61,728 bases of DNA, filler included, from Rhabdomonas costata (GCA_019059605.1; 25 parts of 25 records of this genome joined end to end with filler, not necessarily neighbours in it), one strand, 5' to 3'. Shown: positions 23,313-37,310, counted from the first letter of the whole stretch. The notes: generated by a model not told the origin, from the letters alone. Numbers and translations: made by a program.

Positions 23313-25168
23313 CCCTTTCCCTGCTTCTTATTTTGCCGCCCAAGGCCGGCACTTGATGTACTTTTAGCCCTTCTTTCTCCTGACTACCCGCGATCCTCCC
23401 TGCCCCTCCACCGCTGCCCACTGCCGCCTTTGCCTTGTACGAAGTGACCGCCTCCCGGTCATAACCACACTCTTTCACTCACTCACTTGCTCCCTTGCGC
23501 AATGGCAGCTATTCTCTGCCATCGCCAGCCTTGCTGTTTGAGGGTCTGCTTACCAGCTTCCTGTGCCCGTGTTGTGACTCTGACCGACCCCGACCGAACT
23601 TCAAATGCGGCGACCTTTTCTCCCGACCGCAGTTCTTGCCTGAGTGTGTCAGACTAGTTGTCCCCTCGTTGAGTGAGTTTTTTCCACATAACACCGTTAG
23701 CGCCCCGTTAGCTGGGAAGAATGTGAAAACTGTGAGTTTTGTGTGCAAACAACAAGCAGCTTAGGAGGGCGCTTGACCCTGCGGTGCAATTACCTCATGC
23801 GCCCCAGAGTGGAAGAGCGAAAAAAACGGAAAACAGTGTTCGACAGCTGCCACAAACGTAATGGCTGTACAACTGGTGATTCATCCGAGCGCTGAAGATG
23901 CAAGAGATTTAAACGAATTCGCGAGAGTTGAGGATTTTGAGACGCGAAGGAGCTTGGCGGTCAAATTAATGAAAAAAGCCTGCAAAAGGACCAGGGTGAG
24001 TTTTGGGTGCGGTCCCCCGCAAGATGTTGACTTGCCGAGAGGGCAGCTACGGGTGCTTGAAATCCCACCTGGGTTGGTTCACTGGCGCCATGATTGGCAC
24101 ACATTGCACGCCATGGCTTCTGTGCAGCACAAAGTGCAATTGCTTTTTTTTGTGTCATTTCTGTCTTTTTTTTTCTCTTTTTCTTCCTGCCCACATCTGC
24201 TCCTGCCACGCGGCCCCAAAATGACCGCCGGGCTATCCTTCCAGCTTGCTATATTAGTGGTTCTTTCTGCCACAGCGTCTGCCCTGGGTGTGCCCCCCCC
24301 GGGCCACCACTGCAAAGAGTTGTCTAGTGACCTCCACCATCTTTTTTCTAATGTCCATCTTTCCCTTTAAGTAGCTGTTCCTGCAGCAAGCGGTCGTGAA
24401 TGCCTACGAATTGGAGAGAGCTTCGGCTCCGCTCCTTTGTTGTGAGGAAGGTCTTCTCATTCGGCAGAGCGCCATCGAACACGACCGCTGCAAAAACCAT
24501 AGGCGCGAGGGGAGCTCCGGTGGCGAAGCACATCATTGTTTTTGCTGTAATGGTTGTGTTTTCAACGAGATCGGGAACCTTTCAATGCCTGTGAGGGGAA
24601 ACGCAGGGACCGGAGATGAATTCTTTGAAGGAGACGTCCAATGTAACGGCGAACTCGGCTTTGTTGGGTAACGTCACGTCCCCAACAACNNNNNNNNNNN
24701 NNNNNNNNNNNNNNNNNNNNNNNNNNNNNNNNNTTAATTAATTAANNNNNNNNNNNNNNNNNNNNNNNNNNNNNNNNNNNNNNNNNNNNGGGGGGTGGGG
24801 GAGTGGAGGGTGAAGCAGCAAGTAATAGAGCAGTGAATGCCGCATGAATTTCACGCCAACTCCTCGGGCTGGACTTGAATCAGGTCCTTCTTGTCGGCTG
24901 ATGCGACGCCACGAGGTTTTCGCCAGAAGCTGCGGACTGGTGGTCGTCATTGACGGTGACCTACAGCATGCTCCTCCTACGCTTCGGAACCCGTCTGGGA
25001 CTCTGGGCAGATTCTCATTTCCGTCGCGTCTAGAATGAGCTTCTCGCTCGCTTCACTTGCACAAAAGCGGCTTTATGGGCCTTCGCCGGTCCCGACAGTC
25101 TGCTTGAGCTCCGCCGTGATATTGAAAAACAGCACAGCGTTCGTGTGTGTGTGTGCCATTATGTGGAC

Positions 25169-27145
25169 CATTCTTTGATGAAAGGGCGAAGGTCCAGCAT
25201 TGGCTCTACCCACGCCGCGAAGGTGGCGATCGCCCACAGGTTGCGCAGGTCCTCCTCCCACAGCATGCGGGCGTTGCGGTGCCGAACCTAACGTCCGGGA
25301 GAGAAAAGGACCGCTGAAAGAAAGATAGAGAAGAAGACGATAGCACTCATTGAAGGCGAAAAACGATGCCTCCAAACATATCGAAAATAACAAGAGAGGG
25401 AAAGTATCCAGCGCTGCAGCAGACAGAGAGCAGAGCACACCAGTTCAGATGCAGAGGGGAGAGGGCATAGAGAAAACCGTGCAGGCAACGAAATAAAGTA
25501 GCAGACAGGCAGGACGCAGCCTCACACCTTCACAGCGACAACAGTGCCGTCCTTCAGTACGGCCCGGTGGACTTGAGCTACACTGGCGCTAGCCAGGGCG
25601 ACGGCCTCAAAGCTGGCGAAGTGGTTGGTCAAGGGCACTCCACCCAAGGCCTGCTCTACGGTTTGTCTCACCTCTTCAAACGCGGTCGGGGGCACAGAGT
25701 CCTAATCACATCCACCACCTCCCCACTATCAAACATGCCGCCCCTACAATCACACACACCAAGTCACGAAATTGGCCATCACTTGGCAATCACACAGTAT
25801 GAGGGCCAAGACAGCAGTCCCACAGCAGCAGCCAACGAACCGGTTTGGAGCGCATCCCATCAGGTGCAGGGAATTGTAGTCCAGACACACTTGTAGTCCA
25901 GGCACAGTAGGCTGCGGCGAATCTGAACTGAAATGAACTGAAATGCATTCTGGAGCTCACCAGGCATTGGGACAGCACACTGTCAAGAGCTCATTAAAAC
26001 GAGGGAAGGAGAGCACCTGAGTTACAGCAGGAAACCACCGGGTGCCTTTTGCTGAGCAGTGCTTCATCCAAATCTTGAGTACAGTGCAATTTTATGCTAA
26101 CGACAGTGACGATGACATCCTGAATCATACAAAAAGACCAACAGTTTGCTCTTGTCTTCGGTCCTCACAAGCAGATGCCCAGCCCCCTATTCTCACCGCT
26201 CCTGCGTGTTCGCACCTGGCACTTCGCCAGCTCTTCAGTAAAGGGCGGCGGCAGAGCGTCGGCGCGGGTGCTGAGGTACTGCCCCGTCTTCACAAAAAAA
26301 CCCCGCACCCGCACAATGCTCCGGAAAACAAACACCGCGAGGACCCGCCATGCGAGCTCCCAGCTCGCCTCGGAGTCCGGGCCACTCAGCCCGCGGGTGT
26401 GCAGCTGCACAGCCTTCAGGATCCCGGTGGTCTGCGAAATGTGGGCAGAAGCGAGCAAGAGGCACGGTGGACGTCAGGAGACGTCAACAGCATCAAAAGG
26501 CGACGGAGCACAGGGTTGTTGGAAGAGAAAGGTGATCGTGCCGCTGGAGTGGCTAATCGTGCCCCTACGAAAGGGGATCGGACCAACTTGCGGATCCACG
26601 GGGGAGAGCGGAGAGTTCTTGACTCCCATGGAGAAAGAAAACTGCTTTTGCCACACGAAAGCCATTGTGGACACGAAACAGGGCATTCCGCCGCAACACG
26701 CGCTCTCTAAAGTCAAAGTCAAACATGAGGACTCATTCAAGTCGCAAACCGAATAAAAGAAAACGCCAGGCAGCATGAGCAAGGGTCCTTTACCGTGCAA
26801 CAGTCATAACTCTCGTTTTTGAGGTGACGAGAATAAAAGAAAGAGATCGGTAGAGAAAAGGCTGACCTGACTGGAGGGGGAACGAGATTTGAGAAAAGGC
26901 GTGTTTGAAGCGCGCCAAACGGATCAGCATACCCATGTATTGTGGAGACAATGTAACGCGAACCATTCTTTCGCTCTGTGCGTGTGCACGCAAATTCTGA
27001 TATGCGGTCAAACACCACACCACACCACACCACACCATCAAAACAGTGATGACGATCAGCACCCGGCGGGCCAGGAATCCCCCTCGCAGCCACAGCGCCG
27101 CCCCAACCACCGCCGAGGTCCCAGCCGCCGAGGCGGCCCACCTTC
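25169..27145 (-). CDS. ABC1/UbiB (ADCK) atypical kinase, 4 exons (about 27036-27145, 26216-26431, 25528-25701, 25169-25287)
   Basis: GFFVKTGQYLSTRADALPPPFTEELAKCQ|DSVPP...LASASVAQVHRAVLKDGTVVAVK|VRH...EDL. All GT-AG and in phase. Confidence 0.92.
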
Positions 27146-27459
27146 CTGCAGAGGCCCACANNNNNNNNNNNNNNNNNNNNNNNNNNNNNNNNNNNNNNNN
27201 NNNNTTAATTAATTAANNNNNNNNNNNNNNNNNNNNNNNNNNNNNNNNNNNNNNNNNNNNGGCCAGCGCATGGTTTCCCGTGCAGCAGTTGCACATCCCC
27301 ACCTGCAAAAGTATTATGATCCTTTTCTCGTTCGTCACGCGATGTTTGTGTGGCATACCTGCACTAGCCCGGCACACAGAGGAATACAAAGGATCACGGT
27401 AGTCCACTCTCCTTGATACACTGTAACAGTGCCAAAAAAGGGTCAGTGTGAGGAGGAAG

Positions 27460-28480
27460 GTTCCTACGCCATTGGAACTCCTTTACGGGGGCTTCCAAGT
27501 GCCCATCTGGGGTCCCACCCCGGGCCCGGATAAAAAGTTTTCAGGTTGCCCCAAGCTCCATCAATCCTTTGTGTAGACACCACGCGGACCTTGCCCTTAA
27601 TAGTCTCGAGCCTTGTGAACTCCCCCTTGCTGTGGGCAACTTGCACGTTGACTCTGAATTCCTTGCAGATCGAGGTGTAAGCAGAGGCTCCGTCAGTGAA
27701 CAATAGAGAGCCCTTGTCGATCCTGGCCACAAGCAGCCACAAACATCCACAGCAGAAGGAGGGCCGAACCTTCGGTCATCCTCTGCCTTCTTGAACTTCT
27801 CGTAGCACTCCACCAAAAGCGACCGGAAGACCTTGCGAAGATTCCTCGAAAATGGCCATGCAACCCTTCCTCTTTCTCCCGATCTCGCACTCATCCGCCT
27901 CCACCTCCTGGTCCATCCCTCCGAGATTCGCTCAGAGTGCGAGATTCCCAATCCATGACAAAAACGTGGAAGCGCTTAGCTCAGTCACTAACAGTGTGAG
28001 AGCTCAGTCCATGCATGTGCAAGCATATGTGTGAGCCCTCTCACCAGCACTGTTGTGGGCCCAGTAGTAGGCCCAGTAGTAGGTAGTAGTAGGTGACCAT
28101 TGTTTGAGGGAGAGCCTTCAACCTTCTAATGCACCTCCCGTCTTTCCATTAACTTTCCGATTGCAAGACCGATCGGAGCACTGCCGGTAGGAAGAGCCAC
28201 AATCACAGTACCACTTCGGTCGCAAGGGCTCACCGCAGGAACAAAAAGCCTCCAGCAGTCCATATTTTCGTTTAAAAAAAGCTCTCAACTTATCTTCATC
28301 GGAACAGAAAGCTTCCAAACCAAAAACAGTAAACTGGCTGTAAAGTGGTGGTGGGCTTCGCTCCATAACTCTATGAAACAGGTTCGGGGGTGGCTGCGTG
28401 GCTTCATAACCCCTTGCAAGGTAAATATCTTCTTCCAAAGTATGCCGGGCTAGTGCAGGAGCGCCGTTCGTCACCTCGTT
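27460..28480 (-). mobile_element. Degenerate Merlin (IS1595-family) transposase
   Basis: Across frames: Cys-rich Zn ribbon (CSCG...QCSDRSC), GGMDQEVEADECEIGRKRK, GSLLFTDGASAY, VAHSKGEF, STQRIDGAWGNLK. Several frameshifts and stops. Confidence 0.85.
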
Positions 28481-29764
28481 TTTGTCAAAGCCTCTCTGCG
28501 GTTCTCCATTGAGCCGTCCTCCGCCTCTTTTCCCGCCTTTTCCTCAGATGTCAGCGTCCACGGGCTTCCCTCCAACGCCAACACAATGAACTGCGCCTCC
28601 GGCACGATGTACCGTCAGAGCTGCACATTCTGGTACTTCCCATGGTACACGGGCAGTCTGAGCTGCAAATCCAGCTGGGTCTGGGCTTAGAGCGGCAGCT
28701 ATGTGGTAAGTATGACATGCGGAAGTGTTCCGGTACCGCGACCACGTTTGTTTTTGAATCTCTGTTGGATGTCACGGACACCGCTGGCAACCAGGAGTCA
28801 GACATGGCCTGTCTTATGTCTGAGTGGTCTGGGGTCTGGTCGGGCTCGTGGCTGCAAGTTCGCGGGTACGATTCCCAAACCGCTCCGGGCTGCCACGCCA
28901 ATACAAGCACCTTGCATTCGCCAAGAAGAGTAGCACGTCTTGGCTCCTGGTTCACGTTTGCCGCCGGTGTGAAGCACATGCGGTGTGGGCCGGGGGGCCG
29001 TGCGGCGCTGGATCCTTAACATTCTACATCATAGCGTTGGGGTTGGGCCGCTCAGAACACAGAACTCAGTCTCAAGCTCTTATCCCAATGATGCCTATGT
29101 TCATTTTTTTGTGCCCTCCCATTTTGCATCCTTCTTTCGCAATGGCTTCTGCCACGAAAAACCCATTTTGGATCAGATCCGTTCCTTTCACCAGTTCCTC
29201 CTGAAATTTCTATCGATTTTCTCTACATCTTTCCCATCCACAATTTCCCACCACAAAATCCTCTTTCCTGTTGTGCCCGTTGAAAAGTTTCATTCATCCA
29301 TCCATTCATTCATTCATTCCCGTCGAATTTTATGGGCGATTCTCTCGGTCATTCTTTCCTCATCAATCTTGTGGGCCAAGTTATGACCGGACAACCCACT
29401 ACCTTTGTCTCAACACAGTTCATTTGACAGGCGGTTTCTTTTCTTCAAACTCGGGCTGCTCCGTGGCCTCAACCCGCAACATTGGTTCGATTTGTCTCGC
29501 GTTACATTGCGCCTTTCTTCCCCTCATCCCATCGTCGCCCCTCTTTTGTACAGTGTTGCCTGTTTCCACTGACAGGCTTTAGGTTTATTAAAATGCAAGT
29601 CTACGGCTGAAATTTTAATAAACCCAAACCNNNNNNNNNNNNNNNNNNNNNNNNNNNNNNNNNNNNNNNNNNNNTTAATTAATTAANNNNNNNNNNNNNN
29701 NNNNNNNNNNNNNNNNNNNNNNNNNNNNNNGGGGGGGGTGGGGGAAATTTGGTTTTGGTTGCAG

Positions 29765-30867
29765 AAGCTGGTGGCGCAGCACAGGTTCTTGCACACCACT
29801 CTGGCTGACTTGTACGTTAAGGTGTGTGTGGGTGTGTGTGGTTACGCGAAGGAGACATCTAAAGGTATGTGCTTCCAACTGGTATGGGACACAGGAGCCC
29901 AGTGCTTCTCGGAGGATAAGCTCTGGTGGAGCAGCGCCAGCGGGAAGGGCTACCAATGCCAACTCCGGACTCTCAGGGAGACAGAGAGAGACAGAGAGAG
30001 ACAGAGAGTGGCCGCCAATGGCGAAATCCGCACTCACACGTAATAACATGGGTAATATTCAAAAACACCGGAAAGACCAGCGGCTAGCCGGATGGATTGG
30101 TTGGTGAGGGGGGAACCAAAATCCAGAATCTCCCTCTCTGAAACACTTCGTCGTGGTTGAGTATTTCCAACAGTAAGCTGTAAGGAATGTTGGCCGGACA
30201 TTTTTGGTTGGGCGAAGGAATTACTTCTGCGATTTTTCCGCAGAGGCGCGAGTTCGCCGAGGCTTCCTTTCACTACAACGCTGCCATTCGGTACGAGTCC
30301 AGTGAGTGGGTGGTTTCCGATGATGTCAAGAATTCATTTGCCACATGCTTCGGCGCTTTTGTTGATGACATCAGAAGGAGGGTAATGTGGCGTGAGAGTG
30401 GGACAGAAGCCGTTAGAAAAGAGCAGCTACGCGACAAAGGCCCGGGACCCGTGGGGCTGAAGGGAGGTTACCATATTAGGAACGTTCGGCGGTGAGCCGG
30501 TACCCCACAGCGTCATTAGCTCCAACGGTACCTCACGCGAGCACCCGTAACCAACAGCATGTGCGCGTGTCAGTCCAAAGTGGTCACCAGCAGTCAAACA
30601 GGCAACAGCTAGCGTACTGTGTGCCCCCAACACACACACACACACATCACATCGTGCATGATCCAATCCGTGTTCTTCCAAAGCGGGGGTCCTTCGTGGC
30701 ATGCACTGATTTGGGGAGGGGAGGGGGTGTTCAGGGATAACCCCAACAACGCACTGGCGATCAGTGGGCTGAAGCGGGTGTCCAAGATGATGGTGGGGCT
30801 GGACCCCGCAGACGAGGACGCTGCTGGTGATGACGGTGAGGCAGACGACCTTGTGCTGGACGAATAG
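29765..30867 (+). CDS. ANAPC7: Anaphase-promoting complex subunit 7-like C-terminus, 3 exons (29765-29821, 30244-30290, 30735-30867)
   Basis: Spliced FLHTTLADLYVK|RREFAEASFHYNAAIR|DNPNNALAISGLKRVSKMMVGLDPADED plus an acidic tail. Matches the last TPR and tail of plant/animal APC7 (HFQAALRINPQNEAAKKGLDRLEKQMKGIDPD as recalled). Confidence 0.75.
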
Positions 30868-31509
30868 CATTGTTGCGGTGAGATCGACTGCGGTCACGCT
30901 GTGCCTGCACCTTACAGGAGGAGGAGGGTCGCAGTCACTGCACCTGCGGTGGACTTGTTCCACCTCAGGCACTGTGAGTATTCGCGACTTTGTGCACTAA
31001 TCGCCTGCTGCATGTAAATTTTCTGGGGACCTTTGCCTTTTTGGACCGCGATGACGGTAAGCCAGCTGTCACTGAATCCTCTCCGCTATCACAGAGGAAA
31101 TGGGTGCGTCGAAGGGGGCCTTCGAGCGGCCCGCGAGCTTGCACAGCCCAATACTCGCACCATTGAACAGCCCGCCCCACCTTGCCATTTGGCCTCGAGG
31201 GGTTTCCGGCAGACCCCATCTAGCTCTGGATTCAGGACGGGGAATGGGATAACCACCATAGAAAACTGACACACTGCATCCCCACTTGTGAGCGGGATCC
31301 CCCACAATTCCGGCTAAGGGATGAAGACATACACTGTGAAAGTACTGCACACGATTGCTTGCTACCTCGGAACTGGCAAGGAGAGGTTGGCAGCAGGGGA
31401 GGGAGTGTGCGAAGTTTTTCTGCTATTTTTCAGTCTTTCTTCTGACTCATCTTTCCAGTGTATCACCCCGAGAAACAAGAGAGCTTTCAAGGCAATTGCT
31501 GTGAGAATA

Positions 31510-31901
31510 ATGCCGAAGGCCCCAGCCGCAAAGCCAAAAGCCCCAAGGCGCAAGCCCATTTCGACGAAGCCGAAGACTGACAAGGCGAAGCCCTCTAAGC
31601 CAAAGCCTGCGAAGCCCAAGGCGAAACCCTCCAAGCCAAAGGCACCTCAACCCTCCAAGCCAAAGACTGCTGCCAAGCCAAAGCCTGCGAAGCCCAAGGG
31701 GAAACCCTCCAAGCCAAAGTCACCTAAACCCTCCAAGCCAAAGGCACCTAAGTCAAAGGCAGCTAAACCAAAACCAAAGGCAGCCAAGCCGAAAGCGGCA
31801 AAGTCAAGCAGTGAGAAAGCGGGTTTGTCCGCCTCTGATCTGGACCTTCTCGCGCCAACGAAGGGCGGTGGTACTTTAGTTGACCAATGGGTTCACGACT
31901 G
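31510..31901 (+). CDS. First exon of a protein with a histone-H1-like Lys/Pro/Ala repeat N-terminus
   Basis: ATG 31510, repeated KPSKPK/KPAKPK units, then unique sequence to a GTATGC donor at 31902. Confidence 0.65.
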
Positions 31902-34900
31902 GTATGCTTTGGCACACCGGGTTCCGCGGCTTTGGTGCCCTGTTGCTTGCTTTCACCTTTGTCTTACCTTTTTTTTTACTTCGGGACAGTCAGCATGTTC
32001 CACCTGAATGCACTGCGACCGGTTTCCTTTTGCTTTTGGCAGTGCAGCAATTCTTTTGGGTTTGAAATGATATAAGGGCGCTTAGCAAAGTCCACCAACA
32101 NNNNNNNNNNNNNNNNNNNNNNNNNNNNNNNNNNNNNNNNNNNNTTAATTAATTAANNNNNNNNNNNNNNNNNNNNNNNNNNNNNNNNNNNNNNNNNNNN
32201 TTTGTTCGTGCTTGTTTTTGATGTGCGTTGTAAGGTTAGGGGTTTTGAGATTAGATTAGGGGATGGGAAAAGGCTGAGAAGAGCTTTTGGTTTGAGTCTT
32301 GCTTCTTTGTGCTTGTTTTGCTGTGTGTGGTTAATAGGTTCCAATGGAGAAGCCGAAAGGGCAAAACCCAGAAGGGGGTAGAATAATTGGATTGTAGCTG
32401 TCGCTGTGTGGTTCATGCTGATAACTGTTGCATCGATACTACGTTGACAATTCTGTTCCTGTGTGCAAACGAGAAATCGTAGAAATCAATGAAGAGACCA
32501 TGAACAACCCATGTCGAAGAAGTTTTCGCAGGAACTTCAAACGCCCTATTCGAAAATGCAAGGGGGCCGGACGGTGAGTGAGATCGGAGCGTGCTGCACA
32601 AGTGCACAAGGTGTATTGAACTGAAGCAAAGACTTGTGCAGTTGAACAAGTAGTAGGATGAGGATGAGACGCCGGCTTTGGGCCACGGAGCTGAAACTAC
32701 GCTATTTCCGGAGAGGGAGCACTTACGGCGTAATGGGGGTGTGTTGTGAATGTGACGCGTCCGTGGTATGAGAGTTCCCATTTTGCCATTAATGCTCGCA
32801 GCCGTGCGGTTCGCGCTTAAGGGTCCAACGCATGTGCCCTGCCATCTGAGATCTGCGACTGAAATCGAAATGATGTCAGAACGCGCATCGGTTGTTGGGT
32901 GACGCCGCAAACGCAGGCCCCCATCCTGGATGCGAAGTAAATGCAGAGCTCCTGAATAATATTGGTAATGCTATGCCGCCCCGCAAGGGCACAATATGAG
33001 GTATGAGCAGCACACTTGGCAAACCCTTGCCCAATACCCTGGCAACCATATATGTGCCCGCCATGACAACCATACAACTCAGCACAAAAACCGCCAAGCC
33101 TCCCAGCCCCATCGATCAGAAGGTTTTCGGAACAGGACCTCCTTCACCAGGCGAACTGCTTTTTGTCGTTTCCGAGAAGACGCTGCTGTACAGCTTGGCT
33201 GCCTTTGCAGAGACTGCGCTCACTGAAGTTCATTAACGCATATCTCTCTCTGCGAGCGTTCTTCTTTCTTCTCGACGATGAAAACTGCAAAGAAATCCTT
33301 CCTCAAATCCCTCCTCAAAAGTCCTCAAAAGTGCGCTATAGAAAGAGAATCTTAGCACAGCACAGGTCTTGGAGTCAGAGAGTGGAGAGTGTACGCTTGT
33401 ACCGAGTTTTCAGCGAGCAAGCTAGTCCTGTACAGAGAGAAAGTTTGAGAAAGCTGCAAGCTTCTGATACCCAGGGAGGCATGGATGGAGGCTTCTGATC
33501 AAGGCATAGGTCCTCGGACGCTGCTGTGAAGCGAGTTGCCCGTGACTCGTGCGAGTAAATGGAAAGAACCAAGGCCAACCCCGTTTTCCTCTGTCTATAT
33601 CGACCCAATAGATGGAACAGAGAACGAGTTTGTCGTTCGTTGTGGCCGTGACAGTTGTTCCGAGTATGTGATATGCACTTTTTCTGGTGACAAAGTGACA
33701 GTTAGATTCTTCATGACAAGACACATGTACCTGTTGTAACTGCGGGACTGGCACAATACAGTTAGACGTTACGTTGAGTTTGCAATGCTTTGCACTGACT
33801 ATATAGCAACTCCGTGTGCTACTGTTTATATGTTCTAATTAGCATATAAACAGTTAATGTATTATAATTAATTAGAATATATAAACGTTAAAATTTATAC
33901 AATACAGTTCTGTTTTAATGTTATTGTAAAGGTAAAAAAATGATAAAATATATTATTGTAATGTCCATTGTATACATGTAAGCACTGACTGCGCATAAAG
34001 CCTTTTCGTTCAATACTTGCAACTTGCCAGATCTTTGACAGAATGCCCTTCGAAAGGTTCTCCGTCTATGCAACTCTCACATCCACACCCACACTTCGAC
34101 CTTTTCTTAACAAAGGCAAATTGGATGAGATTCCTCGCCGACCTTCATCTGCAAAGACGGGAAAACCGCCGTTGCTCCTTTGAGCAATCCATGATCTTCC
34201 GCCACTGAAATGTGCGCGCAAAATACTGCTCCAGCTGAAGCTAAATAGTACTAGAATGACAAATCGAGGTGCTGTGTACTACTTGTTATGATATCCAAAA
34301 AGCAATACAAAACGCATTACATCAGAAACAATATGATAGTTCACCTATAATATTTGATAATCCATTTAATAATTTTTCAGTAAATGAACCATATGATAGT
34401 CCATATAGTGAAGATATGGAAAATTATGATGAGATATTTAATGACAGTAATACATATTCAAATACTATTCTACTTAATGAAGATTTAGATGTTTTACCAA
34501 CAAAACAAAGATGTCCATGCAGTGAAAAACGTATGTTTCAAGATGTAGTAATTCCTAATAAACAACACCNNNNNNNNNNNNNNNNNNNNNNNNNNNNNNN
34601 NNNNNNNNNNNNNTTAATTAATTAANNNNNNNNNNNNNNNNNNNNNNNNNNNNNNNNNNNNNNNNNNNNGCGGACGGTGTGCCAACCTACAGCTCCTCTT
34701 ATCAAAACTCCAGCCCGAGGTCATGCAAGAACGGAAAATAAAATATGCTGCATGAGTGCAATGGCAAAAAGGCCTTAAAACACCCAAGAATGGCCCTTAT
34801 ATGGCCTCTAGGGCGGCTGTAAATACAAGCATTCGGGTGCCCAGTGCCTGCACAAAATACTCCCCGGCTCTACCCTTAGGTATGCACTGCAGGCCCGAAA

Positions 34901-37143
34901 GCTTAAGCTCAGTGTGCAGGTTCAGAGAACAACAGTGACCATCGTTCACAGACCCAGAAGTGTATGTATCAATCTTGTGTGTGGACTGGGGACAGAAACC
35001 ATCTTCGCTAAACTGTTTGTCACGTGCAGATTTATTTCGACATGGAGACGTACCCATGGAAGTGGGGAGACTTAAAGCACAACGTAGGGGTTGCAACCGA
35101 AAAAAGTATCAGGCACTTTCGTGCCCATCGCTCAACCGTGGAGACCACCATAGCGCTGTTTTCTGTGAAGTCTCGGCGATTGAGCCGCGGGGTGGACGAC
35201 CTGGACCTGGACCTGGACCCCTCCGCCACGAGCTTCGTAGGAATGCTTAATGTTCAAGTTAAAGTCTTCACACACACACAGCATTGTTATCAGTTCTTAG
35301 TTCGCAGTTTTTCCGATTCCCCTTTTCGGTCCTCGTCCTGGGTTCTCGCCCGCGTACATCCTCCTATTAACGTTATGCACATCATCACACCACCCATTCT
35401 TTGCCCCCTTCCTTCGCACCCTCCCGCTCCCCTTTCCTGTTTCTGTCACAGCGGATCTGCTCATAAAAATTGTCGTCTCGTCTGGTGCTGAAGCCCTGGC
35501 CGCTTCAAGAACTTGTGTGGTGCAGTGTCCTGACAAAGTGGTCTACAAAACAGCAACAAATCTAAAACAAGAGACCTGGAACAGCACCGTGACGTCGTAG
35601 ATCAGAAGATTGTCCTTGCAGAGGGAGGGCCGCTGAGGTGGGCTAGCAATCGACGTCCTGCTACGCAGGTCCGCATCCAATAGCCGGGGACCCGGAGCTG
35701 CAGTCCCGCCACCTGGACAAGCGTTTGTTCGGAAGCACTGCGGTCCCCAAGCTCCCGACCTTAGGTCTAAATTGCGGTTTCCTACTGTCCGTTCGGTTGC
35801 AGTCATCGTTTGGCAGCAATAGGGCTCCCGGTAGAGCGGAGCTTTTTCTTCACGCAAAACCACATGGGTGCGCATTCGAACCCGCTCACTCACACACCGT
35901 TGGATTCAACAGATGAGATGCTTCCGTCGGATGTCATGACGATAAAGTTGCTGGAAGTCTTTTGGTCTGCCATTTCCCTGCGGCAAAAACTAAAGAAGCA
36001 CAATGTCACAGGAGGAGCAATAAACAAGAAAAAGGCCTATGTCACACCAAAAAAGGGAGGGAAGTGAGCACGCCCACGGGAGAGTTAGAGCTGGCCGGTA
36101 CAGTACAATTCGGGGAGCCGAAAGCCTCTGCTGCACAAAGCCGAAGCCAAAGAACCGGTTTGGGGCATATTTTGCAAGAAAGACAGTGATGTGCAAAAAA
36201 ATGGTGCTGTGCTTTTCTGTTATTCTAACTGAACTTGCATCGGCCGAAACCATTTGTGCACTTGGTGGACCTGCTGATGCTGCATGTGATCTTCTTTCTT
36301 CCCTTCGCACTTTCGCGCTATGCAAGCACGTGTATCTGCACGACATATTGTTGGTGGAACACCAGCACAGCTTTTGTTGTGCGACGAACCAAGGCAAAAG
36401 CGATTTGGGAGGCCCTGGGGTGGTTGAGCTCCATGAATCCCCGACCATTGCATTGACTTTGCTACACGGGGTAACATCGATAAAACGTAAGCGCCCTCCT
36501 CCCGGCATTCGCCTGGTTGGTTTGACCAGATCCTGCATCACATTGTCACAACCCATGTCAGGCAAAAAAAACTCGAGCTGGTAAATGCCCACACCTCTGC
36601 AACCCTCCATTGGCAGAAGCTGATTCAAGTACAAAGACAAGTTACAATACAGAGGCAAATGTTGCACCGACGGAAGTGAAGACGTGATTGGTAATTGTCG
36701 CGTTCGAATACGCGTAAGAATCCAGTCCCCTCTTCTGCCAGCAACGGAATCCCAGGGGAAAAAAGTGGTAAGAATGGAAAGAAAAAAACACAGGCACAGC
36801 AGCAGCCGGATCGCGGGGAGAAGGGCGCAGAAAGCTGGCGGCAGTCAACAAAGGCAAAATAAAAAACGGAATCATGTGTCACCCTTATGACAGGTATCGC
36901 AACTATGAAGTGCAAATGCGTGTCTCTGCGCACGCACGCACGCATAAAAGTCAATCAATGCAAATGCCTTCCCAGTGATGACGACGCAGAAGAGATGGAG
37001 CGAAAACCTCTTCCACTGGGATACTGACCACAAAAAACNNNNNNNNNNNNNNNNNNNNNNNNNNNNNNNNNNNNNNNNNNNNTTAATTAATTAANNNNNN
37101 NNNNNNNNNNNNNNNNNNNNNNNNNNNNNNNNNNNNNNTGTGG

Positions 37144-37310
37144 TTTGTCCCTGTTAAACCGCCAAGCCGCACAGGAAGGGAAACCAAAGTCCAAATAGCA
37201 ACTGGGTTCGGTCCGGAGAATTTGTGCAGCCGCATGCAGAATACGCACCTACTGGGTGAAACCGCCTGTGTTATTGAAGGTCTGGCATTTTAAGGTTTAA
37301 CAGGGACAAA
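37144..37310. repeat. 167-bp segment bounded by perfect 17-bp inverted repeats (MITE-like)
   Basis: TTTGTCCCTGTTAAACC at 37144-37160 and GGTTTAACAGGGACAAA at 37294-37310. Confidence 0.8.

Noticed and set aside
33530-34330. SWIM/FYVE-like Cys clusters of a decayed transposon
   Set aside because: Requires several frameshifts and gives no coherent domain.
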